Source of the DNA: Candidatus Latescibacterota bacterium
Lineage (GTDB): Bacteria > Latescibacterota > UBA2968 > UBA8231
Length of the DNA stretch: 64,000 nt
Direction: 5' to 3'
Assembly: GCA_965243025.1 (NCBI GenBank)
Contig: CBDETY010000003.1
Span: forward strand, 96,001-160,000
In this document: piece by piece, positions 1 through 10,687 of the stretch
Numbering within the stretch: position 1 is the first letter of the stretch
Layout of the letters: every line of letters begins with the position of its first letter
Notes under the pieces: model-generated
Told to the model about the DNA's origin: nothing
The model's database searches: none
Seen by the model: only the letters and a program-made list of their open reading frames with translations
Translations under genes and position numbers: made by a program

Positions 1-1128
1 ACGGTGGACGACAACGACGACAGGGATCCGTTCGCCGATTCGTACTTCATCCCCACCCAGGGAGACATCGACGGCGTGTTCCCCGGACTGGACGAGGACC
101 TGGACGGGAGACCGGATATCAACGAGAACGACAATGCCCTGCCCGACTACGTCGAGCCGTTCATGCTCTACCGCGTCGACCCGGACGAGTTCGAGTACGG
201 CGACGACCTCAACAACAACGGCGTCATCGACGTCCGCGAGAACGATCTCAAGCCCGACTACCCCTACGACCGGAATCTGCGCGGCTGGCACCTGTTCGGG
301 GAATGGCGCCCATCGTCCCCGCTGACGCTGACCCTGGGCCGTTACGATACCCGGCAGCTGTGGGGATCGGGAGAGAACGCCGTCTCCTACGCGAAGGCGG
401 AGTACAGGCGCGACTTCGCCGGTCTGGCCAGGGTCCGCGCCGTCAACTTCCTCAAGCGGGTGCGGGACGACATCCGCAACGACGTCTTCCGCTTCACCTT
501 CAGCAGCACCGGTTTCGGCACCGTCTTCGCCGAAGACCTCCTGCGCATGCAGAACAGCCTGGCGAACTCGGCGTTCGCCGATATCGAACTGTACCATTTC
601 CGCCCGTTCCACGTCCGCCTGAAGACCCTGCTGGAATCGAACCGGCAGTGGGCTACGGCGCAAACCGATGTGAACTGGATCCGGCGCTCGGCTGCGGTCC
701 TGCGCAGCGACTACACCTGGAAGCTGGGTGCGCTGTCGGCGATGCCGCAGATGAAGCTGATGGTGCAGAAAGCCACGGACGAGGCGGGCAGAATCCATCC
801 CCTCCACGAGCTGCACTACTACCCGATCTTCAAGATCTACTGGCATATGACGCCGGATACGGCGCTGCGGCTGGGGGCCCAGGGGTTCCCCTTTCTCGAG
901 AGCCGGTTCCGGGATTTCGAACAGGGGGACAACGGCTACGACGCCCGGGACTACATGATCAGTCTCACCAACGTGTCGTCGTACAGCGGCTACCAGTTGG
1001 GGCTGAGCGCGGGCTATCACATCAAGACCAGGCGCATGGTCGACAGGCGGAGGGCTTTTCTCGACCAGGACTACACGCTCTTCTTCCTGCGTCTGATCGC
1101 GGGCCTTAATCCAAGCCAGAATCTCTGA
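1..1128 (+). CDS. Asp-rich putative outer-membrane protein, 5' end outside the window; paralog of 1146..4037 and 53585..56224
   Basis: Frame open from base 1. Carries the DDNDD..GVFPGLDEDLDGRPD..PDYVEPF..YGDDLNNNGVID..PDYPYD block followed by a beta-strand-like C-terminus. Confidence 0.7.
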   Translation, partial: TVDDNDDRDPFADSYFIPTQGDIDGVFPGLDEDLDGRPDINENDNALPDYVEPFMLYRVDPDEFEYGDDLNNNGVIDVRENDLKPDYPYDRNLRGWHLFGEWRPSSPLTLTLGRYDTRQLWGSGENAVSYAKAEYRRDFAGLARVRAVNFLKRVRDDIRNDVFRFTFSSTGFGTVFAEDLLRMQNSLANSAFADIELYHFRPFHVRLKTLLESNRQWATAQTDVNWIRRSAAVLRSDYTWKLGALSAMPQMKLMVQKATDEAGRIHPLHELHYYPIFKIYWHMTPDTALRLGAQGFPFLESRFRDFEQGDNGYDARDYMISLTNVSSYSGYQLGLSAGYHIKTRRMVDRRRAFLDQDYTLFFLRLIAGLNPSQNL

Positions 1129-1145
1129 CGGTCGAAGAGGGATCG

Positions 1146-4037
1146 ATGTCGGCGGGATACGGCGTAACAGCTCTGGCGTCAACAGCGGCACTGCTCTGTG
1201 CGATTCCGCTCGGCGCCCGGGACGGCTCCGGCGGCCGAAAGGACGAAGCGGGAACCGCGGACGTGGCGCTGCGGCAGGTCTATCCCGCCCACCCGTTTCT
1301 CGGGCGGCGGCTTTCAGGTTTCACGAGCTACGCCATGTCGCCCTGGACCAACTACGAGGACTTCGAGTTCCCCTATACCACTTCGCGCCGCACCTTCTTC
1401 GGCCCCCTGGGGGATCGCCTGCTCAGCGGCTACGACGTCGTCTCGTGGCGGGAGGTGCACTCCCCGGAGGGGCACGACAGCGAGCTCTTCAAGTCCCGGA
1501 GCCGCCTCGAGCACGTTTTCAACCATGTGATGGTAGCCGGCGACTCCTACAGCGGCTGGTCGGCCAGGGCGATATACGGCAGCGAGATCCGCACGATGTT
1601 CACGCCGCTGACGCTCTACTGGGCCGGACTGAACGGATTCCGCGGCGACTGGATGACGGACAGAACGCGGGTCTCGATGGTGGCGTCGCGCCTCTCCACT
1701 CCGATCTACTCGCGGGAATACGAGATGGCATGGGTCCTCAACGGGCTCGCCCGCGACCAGAATCCCGTGCAGCTCTTCGGGGCCCGTGCCGAGCGCAGCA
1801 TCGGCATCCTCGACCTGGGCGCCAGCTACGTCAACGTCCACTCGGAGAACAGCGCCGACGGGGAGCGAAGCATGAAGGGAACGTTCCCGGCCACGCGCGG
1901 CACGCCCCTGTGGCTGGCGGTGCAGATCGCCGACGACTCGCCGGCGGACGGCAAAGGGGGGCCGCAGGTCTTCGACATCGCCGTCTGGGTCAACGGCGAA
2001 CGCCGGCACGACATCCGCCCGGACGCGGTGCTTTACCACACGCGGAACACGGCGGTGGGCCGCACGAACAGGACGCTCGGCCGCTTCATCCCGAACGGCT
2101 ATGCCGTTCCCATCAGCCGCAGCGTTCAGGGGCAGGCCGACATCTTCAAGCTCCTCGAGCAGCCGGCTCAGCTTCCGCTCTTCGCCGACTATCTTTACCT
2201 AAAGGACCACCTGAACGACAAGGATGTGAGCCGCCAGGCCAGTGTGCCGCGGTTGACGGCCAACGTCGAGCTGCTGCCCGGCAAGGTGCACAGGGCGGAC
2301 GGCGAGGACTTCCTGATCTACTACTTCGACCTGCAGGACCTCGAAGATGAAGTCAACGAGGTGGAACTGGGTTTCCTGGTGGGGAACGACTACCACATTT
2401 CGGTCTCCGACGTCCAGGAAAAGGGCCGCAGCAGCAACTACGAAAACCGCTACCGGGCGGAGCTCCTCCGCACTGTCGAACGGGCCCCCGGCAACGTGCA
2501 GAATCTCTCCAACGTGCGCTGGGTTCGCTTCGAGTACGGATGGCCTACCGGTCTGTCGCTGTACAGCGTCGACATGCACGCCGAATTCGGGGGATTGAAG
2601 ATCGCCGGGGAATACGCGCTGAGCAGGGAGTTCAACCGCTACCCGAACGAAGCGCGGGAAGGCGGCCGGCACGAGAGCCATGGACGGGCCTGGTACCTGG
2701 TCGCGACCCGGGATTTCGAGCGCTGGGGACTGGGGGGGGAGCTCTTCTCCATGCAGCCCGACTACACCACCAACCTCATGACCTCGCTGCCCGACCACGA
2801 GAACCACCAGTACACCCGCCGCGGCTTCATCAACGACACGGGTCTGTGGACGCTCGTCCAGGACAACGACGATCACGATCGCTTTCCCGACATCTGGGTC
2901 GGCCAGATCACCGACGACGCCAATGTCACCGAAGACACCGACGGGGTGTTTCCCGGCAAGGACGAGGACCGGGACGGCATTCCGGACACCAACCGCAACT
3001 TCAACAACCTCCCCGACTACGTAGAGCCGTTCCTGATGTTCGACGTCGAGTCCGACGACTACGTCTACGGCGCCGACCTCGACAACAACGACGTTCCCGA
3101 CGAGCGCGAAGACGACATCGACCCGGAATACCCCTACGACCTCGACCTGGAGGGGTTCCACCTCAGCACCTGGGTGGAGCCCTTGCCGGGTCTGCGCCTG
3201 GTACCCGGACTTCTGCGCACCGAACAGATCGCCGGCGGCCGCGGGAACCGCGTCGACTACATGCGCCTCCACTACACGTTGCGCGAACCCGGTCTTGGCG
3301 AGGTCCGCTTCGAGCACGAGATCAAGCGCGTCCGCGACGACATTCCCAACGAGACCGTGAGCGTCTCGGAGGTCCCCAGCGGCGCTTACAATTTCAGCGG
3401 GGTCAAGTACGAAAGTCAGTTCGGCACGCTGCGGGTCGCCGACGAGCTCAACTACCGCAACAGCCTCGCCAACCGCAGCCATGTGACCAGCCGCCTGACG
3501 GCGTTCGGCCGTCTGCAGCTGGTCAACCGGGTGAAAGTGGAGATCAACGAACAGCGGGAGAGGCTTTTCGACGACGGCGTTTTCCAGCCGGAGGATCGCC
3601 TGGGTCTGCTGGCCGGGGTGCACAAGACAAGCTGCTCCTGGCGCCGCGGCAGGTTGACCCTCACGCCGCAGTTCAAACTGCTCTACCTGCGCCGGGAGCG
3701 CCGCACCCTGGGAGTTCCGCTGACCCACGAGCGCGAGATCATGCCGATTCTCAAGGCCGAGTACCGCGTGACTTCGAGAACCGCCGTCAAGGCGGGCATG
3801 CAGGGTCTGCCGTTGTCCGGCCTCGCCTACCAGTTCAAGGACCTGACCGACGACAGCCGCAGCTTCGAGAGCCGGGACTGGGCGCTGTTCGTCACCAACC
3901 TCTCCGAGTACTTCGGCTACGACATGACCGTCAACACGGGACTGGCCTACCGCAGGGTCGAGTTCCTCGACGCGCGCCAGCAGCAGCGCAACAGCAGGAC
4001 CACGTCGATGTTCATGAGCCTGATACTGGGATTCTGA
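1146..4037 (+). CDS. Secreted or outer-membrane protein with an Asp-rich (TSP3-like Ca-binding) block, 963 aa
   Basis: Signal-peptide-like N-terminus; DNDDHDRFPD..GVFPGKDEDRDGIPD..YPYD block; ends in ..LILGF. Confidence 0.7.
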   Translation: MSAGYGVTALASTAALLCAIPLGARDGSGGRKDEAGTADVALRQVYPAHPFLGRRLSGFTSYAMSPWTNYEDFEFPYTTSRRTFFGPLGDRLLSGYDVVSWREVHSPEGHDSELFKSRSRLEHVFNHVMVAGDSYSGWSARAIYGSEIRTMFTPLTLYWAGLNGFRGDWMTDRTRVSMVASRLSTPIYSREYEMAWVLNGLARDQNPVQLFGARAERSIGILDLGASYVNVHSENSADGERSMKGTFPATRGTPLWLAVQIADDSPADGKGGPQVFDIAVWVNGERRHDIRPDAVLYHTRNTAVGRTNRTLGRFIPNGYAVPISRSVQGQADIFKLLEQPAQLPLFADYLYLKDHLNDKDVSRQASVPRLTANVELLPGKVHRADGEDFLIYYFDLQDLEDEVNEVELGFLVGNDYHISVSDVQEKGRSSNYENRYRAELLRTVERAPGNVQNLSNVRWVRFEYGWPTGLSLYSVDMHAEFGGLKIAGEYALSREFNRYPNEAREGGRHESHGRAWYLVATRDFERWGLGGELFSMQPDYTTNLMTSLPDHENHQYTRRGFINDTGLWTLVQDNDDHDRFPDIWVGQITDDANVTEDTDGVFPGKDEDRDGIPDTNRNFNNLPDYVEPFLMFDVESDDYVYGADLDNNDVPDEREDDIDPEYPYDLDLEGFHLSTWVEPLPGLRLVPGLLRTEQIAGGRGNRVDYMRLHYTLREPGLGEVRFEHEIKRVRDDIPNETVSVSEVPSGAYNFSGVKYESQFGTLRVADELNYRNSLANRSHVTSRLTAFGRLQLVNRVKVEINEQRERLFDDGVFQPEDRLGLLAGVHKTSCSWRRGRLTLTPQFKLLYLRRERRTLGVPLTHEREIMPILKAEYRVTSRTAVKAGMQGLPLSGLAYQFKDLTDDSRSFESRDWALFVTNLSEYFGYDMTVNTGLAYRRVEFLDARQQQRNSRTTSMFMSLILGF

Positions 4038-4065
4038 TGAAGCGCGCTGAAGGAGGGGAGCTGCC

Positions 4066-7000
4066 GTGAGCGTGGGCTGGGGTATTCTCGTCGGCCTGTC
4101 CCTGTTGATCGCCGCGGCGCGCAACGTCCCCACCGCCAGCGACCTCCAGTGGTGGTTCGAGGAGGGGCAGAAGTTCTACGCCTCGGGGGCGTACGACCAG
4201 GCGGTGGAGAAGTACGGCCTGATCACCGCGGTCGAAAGCCGTTTCCTCGAGACCGACTCGCTCTCCTACGCGGTGGGAGAAATCTCCGCGCCGGTCCGGG
4301 ACGTGGCGCTCTACCAGACCGGGAACTCCTACTTCAAGATGGCCGGGGAGGAGCTGGAGCTCGCCCGCCGGGCGGCCAGCGAACAGCGGCGGGACCGCCA
4401 TCGCGAGAGCGCGCGGGAGCACCGGACGCTGGCCATCCGGTTCTTCGAGAAGACGGAGGGGCAGACGAGGAACGCCGATCTGCAGGAGCTCGCCCGCAAC
4501 CGCATCGTCAAGGTGCTGTACGAAAGCGGCGACTACGAGCGCACGATACGGGAGGCGCGCCGCCTCATCGAGAGGTACCCGGAGAGCCGCTACACGAGGA
4601 GCGCCCTTTACGACATCGGCTGGTCCTACTACGAGTTGGAGGAGTACGGACTGAGCGTGGAGGCATTCGAGGAGCTGGTGGCGCGTTTTCCGTCGGGGTA
4701 CCAGCACGACCGGGCCCTGTTCCAGATCGGCGAGAGCCACTACAGCAAGGGGCAGTACCGGCAGGCCCTGCCCTACTACCAGCGCCTGGTGGAGCTGGCC
4801 CGGATCGACCAACTGACCGACGAGGAGCTGGCGCGAATGCGCCGGGAGAAGATCGCCGGCCTGGTCGACGAGACGGTGCTGGAACTGGCCATGAAATCCC
4901 AGATCAGAGCCGGTTCCTGCTACGCCAGCCTCGGGGAGTACGAGAACGCGGCCGAGGTCTACCGCAGCGCCATCGGGCTGTTCACCAGGGAGCGCTCCCT
5001 GGCCGAAGAGGCCTACCGGCGCCTGGCCGACATGTACCAGCAGGCAGGTCAGTTCGAGCGGGCGGTGGCCATCTACCGCGAGGCGATAGACTCGGTCTCC
5101 GATCCCGCCTTCCGGGCGCGCATGCAGTCGCTCCTGGCCGAGCGCTACTACCAGAGCGGACGCTTCGAAGAGGCCATAGAGGAGTACAGACTCTACATGG
5201 GAGCCTACGCCGACGCGGCCAGGGCGGCCGGGTTCGGTGTCGACGAGGCGCGTTACAAGGTCGGACGGTCCTATTACGAGCTGGCCCGCGGGCAGCGGGA
5301 AAGCCGCGGTTCCCAACAGGCAGTACCGCACCTGCTGAGTGCCGTCGATGAATACCAAGCGGTGCTGGAGGAATTCCCGGACAGCTGGCTGGGACTGGCC
5401 TGCCACTTCAACATCGGGCTCTCCTACCAGACGATGGACACCGCCGAGGGCCGTGCCCGGGCCATGGAGAAGTTCGACTTCATAGCACGGGAGCATCCCC
5501 GGGACGAGTACGCTCCCGGCGCCCTCTTCCAGATCGCCCGCATCCACTTCAACCAGGGTTCGTACGCAAGCGCTGTCGAGACCTACGAACGCATCGTGGC
5601 CGACTACGGCGATTCGCCGCGGCTGGACACCGCCTTTTTCGAGCTGGGAATCGCCCGGAAGAAAGCCGGCCTCGACGAGCCGGCTGTCGCCGACTTCCTC
5701 GGAATCGGAACCGAATCCGCCCTCTACGTGAAGGCGCGCCACGAGGCGGCCCAGCTCCTGATGGACATGGGGAAGTTCGATCGCGCGCTGGAAGAGCTCG
5801 CCGGGGCCCTGGCGCTCGCCGAAGGCCCCGAGCGCGGGCTCAACCACTACCTGCAGGGCAAGGCCCAGGTCGGCAACGAGGCCTACGCGGAGGCCGCCCT
5901 CCAGTTCGGCGAAGCCCTCGAGCTGCTCGAAGATCCCAAACTGGCGGAGAGCGTCCGCTACAGCCGCGGAGTCTGCCTGATGCAACTCGAGCGCTACGCG
6001 GAGGCCGAGGCCCTCCTGGTGGTCCTGACCGACGCCGAAGACCTGAAAGTGCGCCGGGCTGCACAGCGGATGCTGGGCAAGGCGCGCATCGAGCTGCACC
6101 GGGAGGAACAGGCCCTCGAAAACTATCGCATCCTGGCCGCGGAAGCCGCCGACCCGGCTGAGAAGGCGGAGTACCTGCTCCTGCTGGCCGAACTCTACCA
6201 CGGGTTGGAGCGGAACGAAGATGCCGCCCGGCTCGCCCGCCAGGTCATCGGGTTGCCCTTCGAGGACACGCGCGCCGAGCAGGGAGACTATTTCATCAAG
6301 GAGCGCGCCTTCTACCTGCTCGGGGATACGTTCGTGCGGCGCGGCATGCACGAAGCGGCGATTGAAACCTATGCCGAGGCCCTGGGTTCCTATCCGTCGG
6401 GCTTCTACGCCTCGGACATGCGCTTCGCCGTGGCCAGTTCCCGCATGCAGCTGGACGACCTGGACAGGGCCGCCGATTCCTTCGAGGCCTTCATACGGGA
6501 GTTCGGGGAAGATCCGAATCTCCCCTATGCCTATTACTACGCGGCCTACTCCCATTTCAATCTCACCCGCTTCGAACGGGCCGCCTCTCTGTTCGCCGAA
6601 ATGGCGAGCCGTTTCCCCGGGCTGGACGTGACCCCCGATGCCCTGTACCGGGCCGGCGAGAGCTGTTTCAATCTCGGCCGCTTCGAGGAGTCCCTCTCCT
6701 ACTACCAGCGAATCCTCGACGAGCACCCGCAGTCGGACCAGGTGGACGGCGCCCTCTACAACAAGGCGTGGGCGCTGCTTGAAAGGGACCGCGGCGCCGA
6801 AGCTGCCGCCGTCTTTCGGCAACTGGTCGAGCGTTTTCCCGACAGCGAGTTCGGGCCGAGCGCCCAGTTTTCCATAGGCGACTATCACTACAACCAGGAG
6901 AACTACCGGGATGCCCTCGATGCCTACCGGAAGGTCGCCGAGCTCTACCCGCGGAATCCACTGGCCGGGAAGGTCCCGGACCTGATCGCGGGGCTCCGGG

Positions 7001-7311
7001 AGAGCCTGGCGTTTCTCGATTACCAGAAAGCGGTCGAACCGTACAGGGAGGCGATGGCCGACAAGGATCCGGAGAAATTCCGACGGGCCATCGCGCTGTT
7101 TCAGCGGGTGGTCGAACAGTATCCCGGCACGGAGAGCCACACAGGCGCCCTGGTCAACATGGGCATCTGCTACGAGAGCCTGAACCGCTGGAAAGAGGCA
7201 GTCGCCGCCTATGACATGGTCTACCAGGCCTACGAGGACGGGAAGGCGACGGCCGAAGCCTATCAGTTCGCCAGGGCCCACAGGGAATGGATCACCGCCA
7301 ACCGCCTCTGA
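4066..7311 (+). CDS. Large exported TPR-repeat protein (BamD/YbgF-like repeats)
   Basis: GTG start after GAAGGAGGGG; many 'ALYxxGxxYY..Y..A...F..L...FP.S' repeats; hydrophobic N-terminus. Confidence 0.85.
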   Translation: MSVGWGILVGLSLLIAAARNVPTASDLQWWFEEGQKFYASGAYDQAVEKYGLITAVESRFLETDSLSYAVGEISAPVRDVALYQTGNSYFKMAGEELELARRAASEQRRDRHRESAREHRTLAIRFFEKTEGQTRNADLQELARNRIVKVLYESGDYERTIREARRLIERYPESRYTRSALYDIGWSYYELEEYGLSVEAFEELVARFPSGYQHDRALFQIGESHYSKGQYRQALPYYQRLVELARIDQLTDEELARMRREKIAGLVDETVLELAMKSQIRAGSCYASLGEYENAAEVYRSAIGLFTRERSLAEEAYRRLADMYQQAGQFERAVAIYREAIDSVSDPAFRARMQSLLAERYYQSGRFEEAIEEYRLYMGAYADAARAAGFGVDEARYKVGRSYYELARGQRESRGSQQAVPHLLSAVDEYQAVLEEFPDSWLGLACHFNIGLSYQTMDTAEGRARAMEKFDFIAREHPRDEYAPGALFQIARIHFNQGSYASAVETYERIVADYGDSPRLDTAFFELGIARKKAGLDEPAVADFLGIGTESALYVKARHEAAQLLMDMGKFDRALEELAGALALAEGPERGLNHYLQGKAQVGNEAYAEAALQFGEALELLEDPKLAESVRYSRGVCLMQLERYAEAEALLVVLTDAEDLKVRRAAQRMLGKARIELHREEQALENYRILAAEAADPAEKAEYLLLLAELYHGLERNEDAARLARQVIGLPFEDTRAEQGDYFIKERAFYLLGDTFVRRGMHEAAIETYAEALGSYPSGFYASDMRFAVASSRMQLDDLDRAADSFEAFIREFGEDPNLPYAYYYAAYSHFNLTRFERAASLFAEMASRFPGLDVTPDALYRAGESCFNLGRFEESLSYYQRILDEHPQSDQVDGALYNKAWALLERDRGAEAAAVFRQLVERFPDSEFGPSAQFSIGDYHYNQENYRDALDAYRKVAELYPRNPLAGKVPDLIAGLRESLAFLDYQKAVEPYREAMADKDPEKFRRAIALFQRVVEQYPGTESHTGALVNMGICYESLNRWKEAVAAYDMVYQAYEDGKATAEAYQFARAHREWITANRL

Positions 7312-7324
7312 TCCGGAAAGAGAA

Positions 7325-7903
7325 ATGCAGGTGCACCGACTTCTGATCTGCCCCCTGGCCCTCTTCCTCGCAGCCGCCGTTTCACTCGATCCGGCCGGCG
7401 CCCAGGTGTTTCCCGAGGAGACTTTCACCCAGCGGCAGCGCGCCGGGAAAAAGCGGGCCATTGCCATATCCGCGGTCCTTCCCGGTCTCGGACAGGTAGC
7501 CCTGGGCTCTCGCTTCAAGGGCCTCGGCATCTTCCTCGGGGAGCTGACCACGCTCGTCGTGGCGGTCAACGCCAACGAGAACTACAAGACGCTCAAGGGG
7601 CGGCACGAGCAGGAAACGGAGCGCTACCTGGCCCTGCGCAACGGGGGACGGTTCGAACAGGCGGAGGAGCGCTGGCAGACGCTCAAGGGTATGGAAGAGG
7701 ACCTGGACAGCTACCACAGCTGGCGCCAGCTCGCCTATCTGTCGGCAGGCATCTACGTGTACAACATGGTCGACATACTGTTCTTCGCGGCACCCGGAAG
7801 CGGCGCCCGGGAGGCGCGCCGGGAAGCGCCGGAGCGGTTGCGGTTGAGCGCGAGGATGATCGACCGGTCGCCGGGAGTGGGCATCACCTGGCACGGCCTC
7901 TGA
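7325..7903 (+). CDS. Hypothetical membrane/exported protein (DUF5683-like)
   Basis: ATG at 7325; signal peptide; SAVLPGLGQ motif; YVYNMVD near the C-terminus. Confidence 0.6.
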   Translation: MQVHRLLICPLALFLAAAVSLDPAGAQVFPEETFTQRQRAGKKRAIAISAVLPGLGQVALGSRFKGLGIFLGELTTLVVAVNANENYKTLKGRHEQETERYLALRNGGRFEQAEERWQTLKGMEEDLDSYHSWRQLAYLSAGIYVYNMVDILFFAAPGSGAREARREAPERLRLSARMIDRSPGVGITWHGL

Positions 7904-8616
7904 TGAGCCGGCGCGGACCGGTTCATCCCCCGCTGCTCGCCGCGCTCGCGTTCGCTCTCCTCACTGCTTCCGGTTGTCTGCATGTCCGTCTCAACACGGC
8001 CATCGCCGCCGACGGCGGGACGCTGCGCAGTCTCGACCTTTCCGTGGACGAGGAGTTCCGGCCGCTCCTGATGCAAGCGCACGAGACCGGGGGGCAGCTG
8101 GTTCCCGCCCGGGACCGGTGGAGGGAGAGGAGCCATGTCGAGGAGGGGCGCTTCCACCGGGTCCTCACGAGGGAATCCCACGATGCCGACGGCATTTCGG
8201 ACCGCGAGCTGCGGAGCCTCTTCGGCCAGTGGATCGAGCTGGGCCCCTACGAGGAAGGGGACGCGGTGGAGTTCGACGTCTACCGCACTCTCCCGGCGAC
8301 CACCTACGCCTTTCGGGAGACGTTCAACATACGTCCCGGCGCCGCCGCCCTCGCCAGGGCGCGCGAACAGCCGCTGCCTCCGGTGGAGATCGAGATTGCG
8401 GTCGAGATGCCCGGTGAGTTGCTGGAATCCCCTTCAGCGACGCGGACAAAGGGGGGCACCGCCGCCTGGAACTACACCATGGCCATCGAGGACACGGCCT
8501 CATTTGCCGGGCAGGTGACGGTCAAGTCGGGACGCACGCATTTCTGGCACTTCCTGCTTGCGGGGATTCTCGTCATCCTGTTCCTCGTCTCCCTGCCCGG
8601 TCAGTTCCGCCGTTGA
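7903..8616 (+). CDS. Putative lipoprotein with a C-terminal membrane anchor
   Basis: Lipobox-like TASGC; C-terminal hydrophobic helix followed by RR; TGATG coupling to the upstream gene. Confidence 0.6.
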   Translation: MSRRGPVHPPLLAALAFALLTASGCLHVRLNTAIAADGGTLRSLDLSVDEEFRPLLMQAHETGGQLVPARDRWRERSHVEEGRFHRVLTRESHDADGISDRELRSLFGQWIELGPYEEGDAVEFDVYRTLPATTYAFRETFNIRPGAAALARAREQPLPPVEIEIAVEMPGELLESPSATRTKGGTAAWNYTMAIEDTASFAGQVTVKSGRTHFWHFLLAGILVILFLVSLPGQFRR

Positions 8617-8645
8617 GAAACGGTCTCCCGCCCTGAGAGAGGAAT

Positions 8646-10643
8646 GTGCTGAAAGAGAGGGATCGCTCCACCCGGGATCTGGAAGAATACCGCGGCCTGA
8701 TGGAGGTGCCGTCCGAGTTCGAGGATGGCTTCAACATGCGCTCGGTCCTCGGCGCCTTCTTCATCGGTTTCGTCATGCTTCCCGGGTCGATCTATCTCGG
8801 TCTCATTGCCGGGCGCGGCATGGGACCGGCGGCGGAGTGGGTCACCATCATCCTGTTCGCCGAGATCGCCCGGCGGTCGTTCACCGTCCTGCGCAAGCAG
8901 GAAGTTTTCATCCTCTTCTACATCGCCGGCGGCCTGACGGAGGTGGTGCTCGGCGGCGGCCTGATGCTGGCCGGCGGTCCCTTCGCCGAGGCGATGTGGC
9001 ATCAGTACCTGGTCCAGTCCACCGCCGCCGAGGGGTTCGGCATCTCCGGGCAGATTCCCGAATGGGTATCCCCGCCGGCCGATTCGCCGGCCATGGTGCA
9101 CCGCACCCTGTTCCACAAGGCGTGGATCCCCGCCGTCGCCCTCATCGCCTTCAAGTACATCGCCACCAGGGTGGCCTGGTTCGGCGCCGGTTACACGCTC
9201 TTCCGCATCACCTCCGACAGGGAGAATCTGCCGTTTCCGATGGCGCCGGTCGGCGCCCAGGGAGCGCTGGCGCTGGCCGAATCGACCGGCGAGAAGGAGA
9301 CGTGGCGCTGGAACGTCTTCATCGTCGGGATGACGACCGGGGTCCTCTTCGGCACCGTCTACGTCGGCGTGCCCGCCCTCACCGGGCTGATCATGAAGGA
9401 GCCGCTCAACCTCATCCCCATTCCCTGGATCGACACGACCTTCCTCACCGAATCCTTCCTCCCGGCCAGCCCCACCGGGTTGATGACCGATCTCGGCGTG
9501 GTGATCACCGGCTTCGTGCTGCCGTTCTGGGTGGTCGTCGGCGGCTTCCTCATGGCCATGGTTTACGTGCTGGTCAATCCCCTGCTCTACAACGCCGGGC
9601 TGCTGACGATCTGGCGCCCGGGCATGGACACGGTGACCACGGAGTTCGCCAACTCCGTGGATCTGTGGATGAGCGTGGCCATTGGAATGGGCTTCGCCGT
9701 CGCCGCGATCGGCCTGGTCACCGTCTTCCTTTCCGCGAGGCGGACGGCGCGCGCGCGGACCGGGAAGCCCGCCTCCTCGGCGCCGCCCCCGGGGCGCGGC
9801 GACATCCCGTTCTGGGTCGGGATCGGGCTGTACGTGCTGGCCACCAGCGGCTACATAGCGGTCTGCATGCTGATTCTCGAAGACGACGAATTCCCCCTCG
9901 GCTTCCTGCTCCTCTTCGGCTTCCTGCTCACGCCCGTGCTCTCCTACATCAATGCGCGCATGGTCGGCATGACGGGACAGACCGTGGGTTTTCCCATGGT
10001 TCGCGAAGGCTCCTTCATCCTCTCGGGCTACAGGGGTGTCGACATCTGGTTCGCGCCGGTCCCCTATGACAACTACGGCGCCAGCGTGCAGCTGTTCAGG
10101 CAGTTCGAGCTGACCGGGACGCGCTTCACCAGCATCATCAAGGCCGAGCTCCTGCTGATTCCGGTGGCCCTCGGCTGCAGCCTGCTCTTCTGGACCCTGA
10201 TCTGGAACAGCACTTCCATCCCTTCGCCGATCTTCCAGTACGCGCAGAAGTTCTGGCACCTCACCGCGCTCCGGCAGTCGATCTGGATCTCGGCGACGAC
10301 CGAGGGCAACCACCTGTTCATGGAGGCGATCAAGTTCGACTGGATCGGGGCGGGCTTTCTGTTCGGAGTATGTTCGTACGTCCTGCTGACCGTGCTGGGA
10401 CTGCCGGTCCTGCTCATCTACGGATTCATCAGGGGGGTGGGGCAGTTGTCCCATCTGCTGATCCCGGAAATGATCGGCGCCATGCTGGGGCGCTACTATT
10501 TCGAGAGGCGGTTCGGCAAACGGAAGTGGCGCCAGTACGCGCCGGTGCTGCTGGCGGGTTACGCGGCGGGAATGGGACTGATCGGCATGAGCACCGTAGC
10601 CATCGCCCTGGTTTCGAAGTCGGTGTCCCAGCTGCCTTATTGA
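8646..10643 (+). CDS. OPT-family-like polytopic membrane transporter
   Basis: 665 aa with many TM segments; E..LPFPMAPVGA motif typical of OPT-like carriers. Confidence 0.7.
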   Translation: MLKERDRSTRDLEEYRGLMEVPSEFEDGFNMRSVLGAFFIGFVMLPGSIYLGLIAGRGMGPAAEWVTIILFAEIARRSFTVLRKQEVFILFYIAGGLTEVVLGGGLMLAGGPFAEAMWHQYLVQSTAAEGFGISGQIPEWVSPPADSPAMVHRTLFHKAWIPAVALIAFKYIATRVAWFGAGYTLFRITSDRENLPFPMAPVGAQGALALAESTGEKETWRWNVFIVGMTTGVLFGTVYVGVPALTGLIMKEPLNLIPIPWIDTTFLTESFLPASPTGLMTDLGVVITGFVLPFWVVVGGFLMAMVYVLVNPLLYNAGLLTIWRPGMDTVTTEFANSVDLWMSVAIGMGFAVAAIGLVTVFLSARRTARARTGKPASSAPPPGRGDIPFWVGIGLYVLATSGYIAVCMLILEDDEFPLGFLLLFGFLLTPVLSYINARMVGMTGQTVGFPMVREGSFILSGYRGVDIWFAPVPYDNYGASVQLFRQFELTGTRFTSIIKAELLLIPVALGCSLLFWTLIWNSTSIPSPIFQYAQKFWHLTALRQSIWISATTEGNHLFMEAIKFDWIGAGFLFGVCSYVLLTVLGLPVLLIYGFIRGVGQLSHLLIPEMIGAMLGRYYFERRFGKRKWRQYAPVLLAGYAAGMGLIGMSTVAIALVSKSVSQLPY

Positions 10644-10687
10644 GTTCGGCATCGTCGCAAAACCAAACGCTCCAAAGAAAGGCTCCC

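Noticed and set aside
4012-7575. Long antisense and alternate-frame ORFs (this 1187-aa one, 2199..4133, 56086..59244 and many others)
   Set aside because: Shadow ORFs typical of high-GC DNA; they overlap genes with clear motifs and have no recognisable domains.
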